From NCBI GenBank assembly GCA_002633005.1, contig NMRA01000503.1:248001-312000 (forward strand): a stretch of DNA of 64,000 bases, in the 5' to 3' direction. This DNA is from Phoronis australis. Lineage: Eukaryota; Animalia; Phoronida. Below are positions 61,901 through 64,000 of this stretch, in pieces (the stretch's first letter is position 1; each line of letters starts with the position of its first letter). The translations under genes and the position numbers were made by a program. The notes beneath the pieces were generated by a model. It was not told the origin of the DNA, searched no databases, and was given only the letters and a program-made list of their open reading frames with translations.

Positions 61901-64000
61901 TGTTGGAAAGTATTAACTTCTTGAAGTCATTAGCTTTGACCAGAGCCCATAAAGCAGCAGAATCTCATGTTTTTGAGATTCTTTCACTCAAAGTTGACTA
62001 AAACGAGGAGGCGACCTCATCAACCGTTTCATTTTCAGAAATGTCGGTTTGGTTTGCATTCCTCTGCCGCCTTTTCGAAATAGTTTGACATTCATGCCAA
62101 CTTCTGATAGATTTTAAGCTTATTCCTTGAATTGTTTTTGAACATCTTACGAGGTTTCCAGTTTAAATTAAATAAGGTTATATAGGACCTTAGCCAATCT
62201 CCAAATTTGGCTAACATCGGAACATCGTCAGAAATTGCTGACCAGACAGATTCATTGAGCTGTTCTCTTTTACGATGCCAGGAATTGTTTTTAAATTGCT
62301 TCCGGAGGAGAGTAGGACTTTTACGATTTTCATGAAAAATTTCAAAAAGTTGTATCAAGAAAAAACAAAATGATAATTTAGAAAATTGGAGCACCGTTTT
62401 GAGATTACATCTTGAACATTCATATAAACTGAAATTTGATCATGTCATACATACGAACACAAAATAATACGCACAAGCATCGAATCAGACGCACGAACAA
62501 CATCGTTTGGTTGTTCGTGCAAATGGTTTGGATGCTCGAGCGTATGATTTGTGTTCGTATGTGTGGTTTTTGTGGTTCGTGCACATGATTTTTGTTCGTA
62601 TGCGCTCTTCGCTTCAAGAGACGGTTAAGTCGTACCGCGTAACTCATGTATAACTACGAGGGCTAGCAGGCGGCAGCATTTTCTAGAAAATTAAACAATG
62701 CAACACCTCCAAATAGATCGTACTCGAAGTTATTTCCTTGTGGAATTCTGCGGATCAAGCAAGCGCCGCAAACCAGGGGCACGTAAAACTATTGAGCACC
62801 ATCATAATATACCGGATCCGTCTGTGACTCATGCCGCACATCGGAACTTAAGGATGCTGGCACGGAATAAAACCACACTGATGCAGAGTGCTAAAACGAC
62901 TAATGGGGTTACTCTGACAGATAATGGAAATGATGTGAAGAGCGCCCTTGGCCTGCAAATAGGGAACGCACGCAAATGCACATCAATTCTAAATCTCCGA
63001 CATCGATATGTTTAGATTCTATACTTTTCATTAGCTATTGTGGCCGTGAGGGGTTTTATTACTGACTTGATGAGAGAGGAATTTGCCACAGAAATAAATG
63101 GCCAATTAAGACGGATAATGGTACTGATTTACATACATCTTTGATGTAGTTTGCAACATTTTGTCTTCTTCGCGGTAATGACGATGTTTTCCGAGAAGTA
63201 TGGTTTTGGAAGTCTTATAAACAAAGCAAGTATAAGGTGTCCCAAAAATGTACTTTCAATTATTACGAGGAAATGACAGAGTTAGGAACTTATAGTGATT
63301 TTCGTGTGTAATAAATAATCAAGGTTCTTTAAGTTTTTGAAGGCACGATTGGTTCTAATTGCAAACCATTTTTCATACTCTGCACGACTGACTCTTACAG
63401 CCTTCGAATGCTCTACATAATGAACTGCTCTCCTTCACCTATTGCATTCTTTGTTCAAAGTAGGACACAATTTCCACAGCAGAAATGATCAAAATTGATC
63501 ATTTTTTTATTCTGTGCAAGTAGTGACTGTCGAGCAAACTACAGGAGAAAAGCCTTTCTCCTAATATAGCCATGTTCTGGTACTGAGATCCTAGAATTCA
63601 ATATTTTTGCACACTGGGAGACCCAGGACTTGGATAGTCCAAAATTTACCATGCACGCACTTAGACCAAACGTTATTTTGACAGGTGCAACTTTCAAAAC
63701 ACTATAACCAATTAACACACATTAGCCGGAAAGTTATTGAGGATTGAAGATTTTACTTTCATCTTTAAACTTAGTTCGGTTGTCTGACAATTTTAGTTCT
63801 CTTGTCGTAATCGTTGACAGAACTATTTGAAAGAATCCAAAATGTTCGTCAGCATTTCCCAATTATCACTAAAACTTCGTTTTCTTATTTGCTTATCAAG
63901 ACAGTACACTTGGGCTATTAAGTTTTCACATGTTTAATTACGGTCCTTTATTTTCGTAAGTATATTTTCACTATTCCTTCGACATTTATCGTTATTCAAC

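Noticed and set aside
59000-64000. Upstream coding exons of ANK-CARD or another gene
   Set aside because: Candidate minus-strand donors exist (~59095, 59145, 59224), but no ORF with recognisable protein features was found; 62090-62400 resembles a dispersed repeat also seen near 16500, 22150 and 47200.

Overview
Eukaryotic genomic DNA with spliceosomal GT-AG introns, AT-rich, most likely from a non-insect invertebrate animal; species not determinable here. Five protein-coding genes could be rebuilt by hand with phase-consistent splice junctions. (1) A 3-exon SelO-family AMPylase pseudokinase (+, 1329-6167, ~600 aa): a Cys-type homologue ending KVSCSS with an apparent N-terminal signal peptide and a Cys-rich segment. 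(2) An 8-coding-exon ERK5/MAPK7 (+, 12265-27919, ~920 aa) with an atypical TQY activation loop. (3) A 3-exon VKOR (-, 34033-31850, 152 aa). (4) A 5-exon clan-2 cytochrome P450 (-, 45257-40489, 495 aa). (5) A long ankyrin-repeat exon that splices in frame onto a CARD exon (-, 58988-52308, ~1153 aa), a candidate innate-immune or cell-death scaffold. Introns and intergenic DNA hold several MITE/foldback families, minisatellites, a tRNA-derived relic, an assembly gap and a probably artefactual 1.2-kb tandem duplication. The best leads are the ANK-CARD protein, the possibly secretory SelO with its Cys-rich overlapping uORF, and the TQY ERK5.
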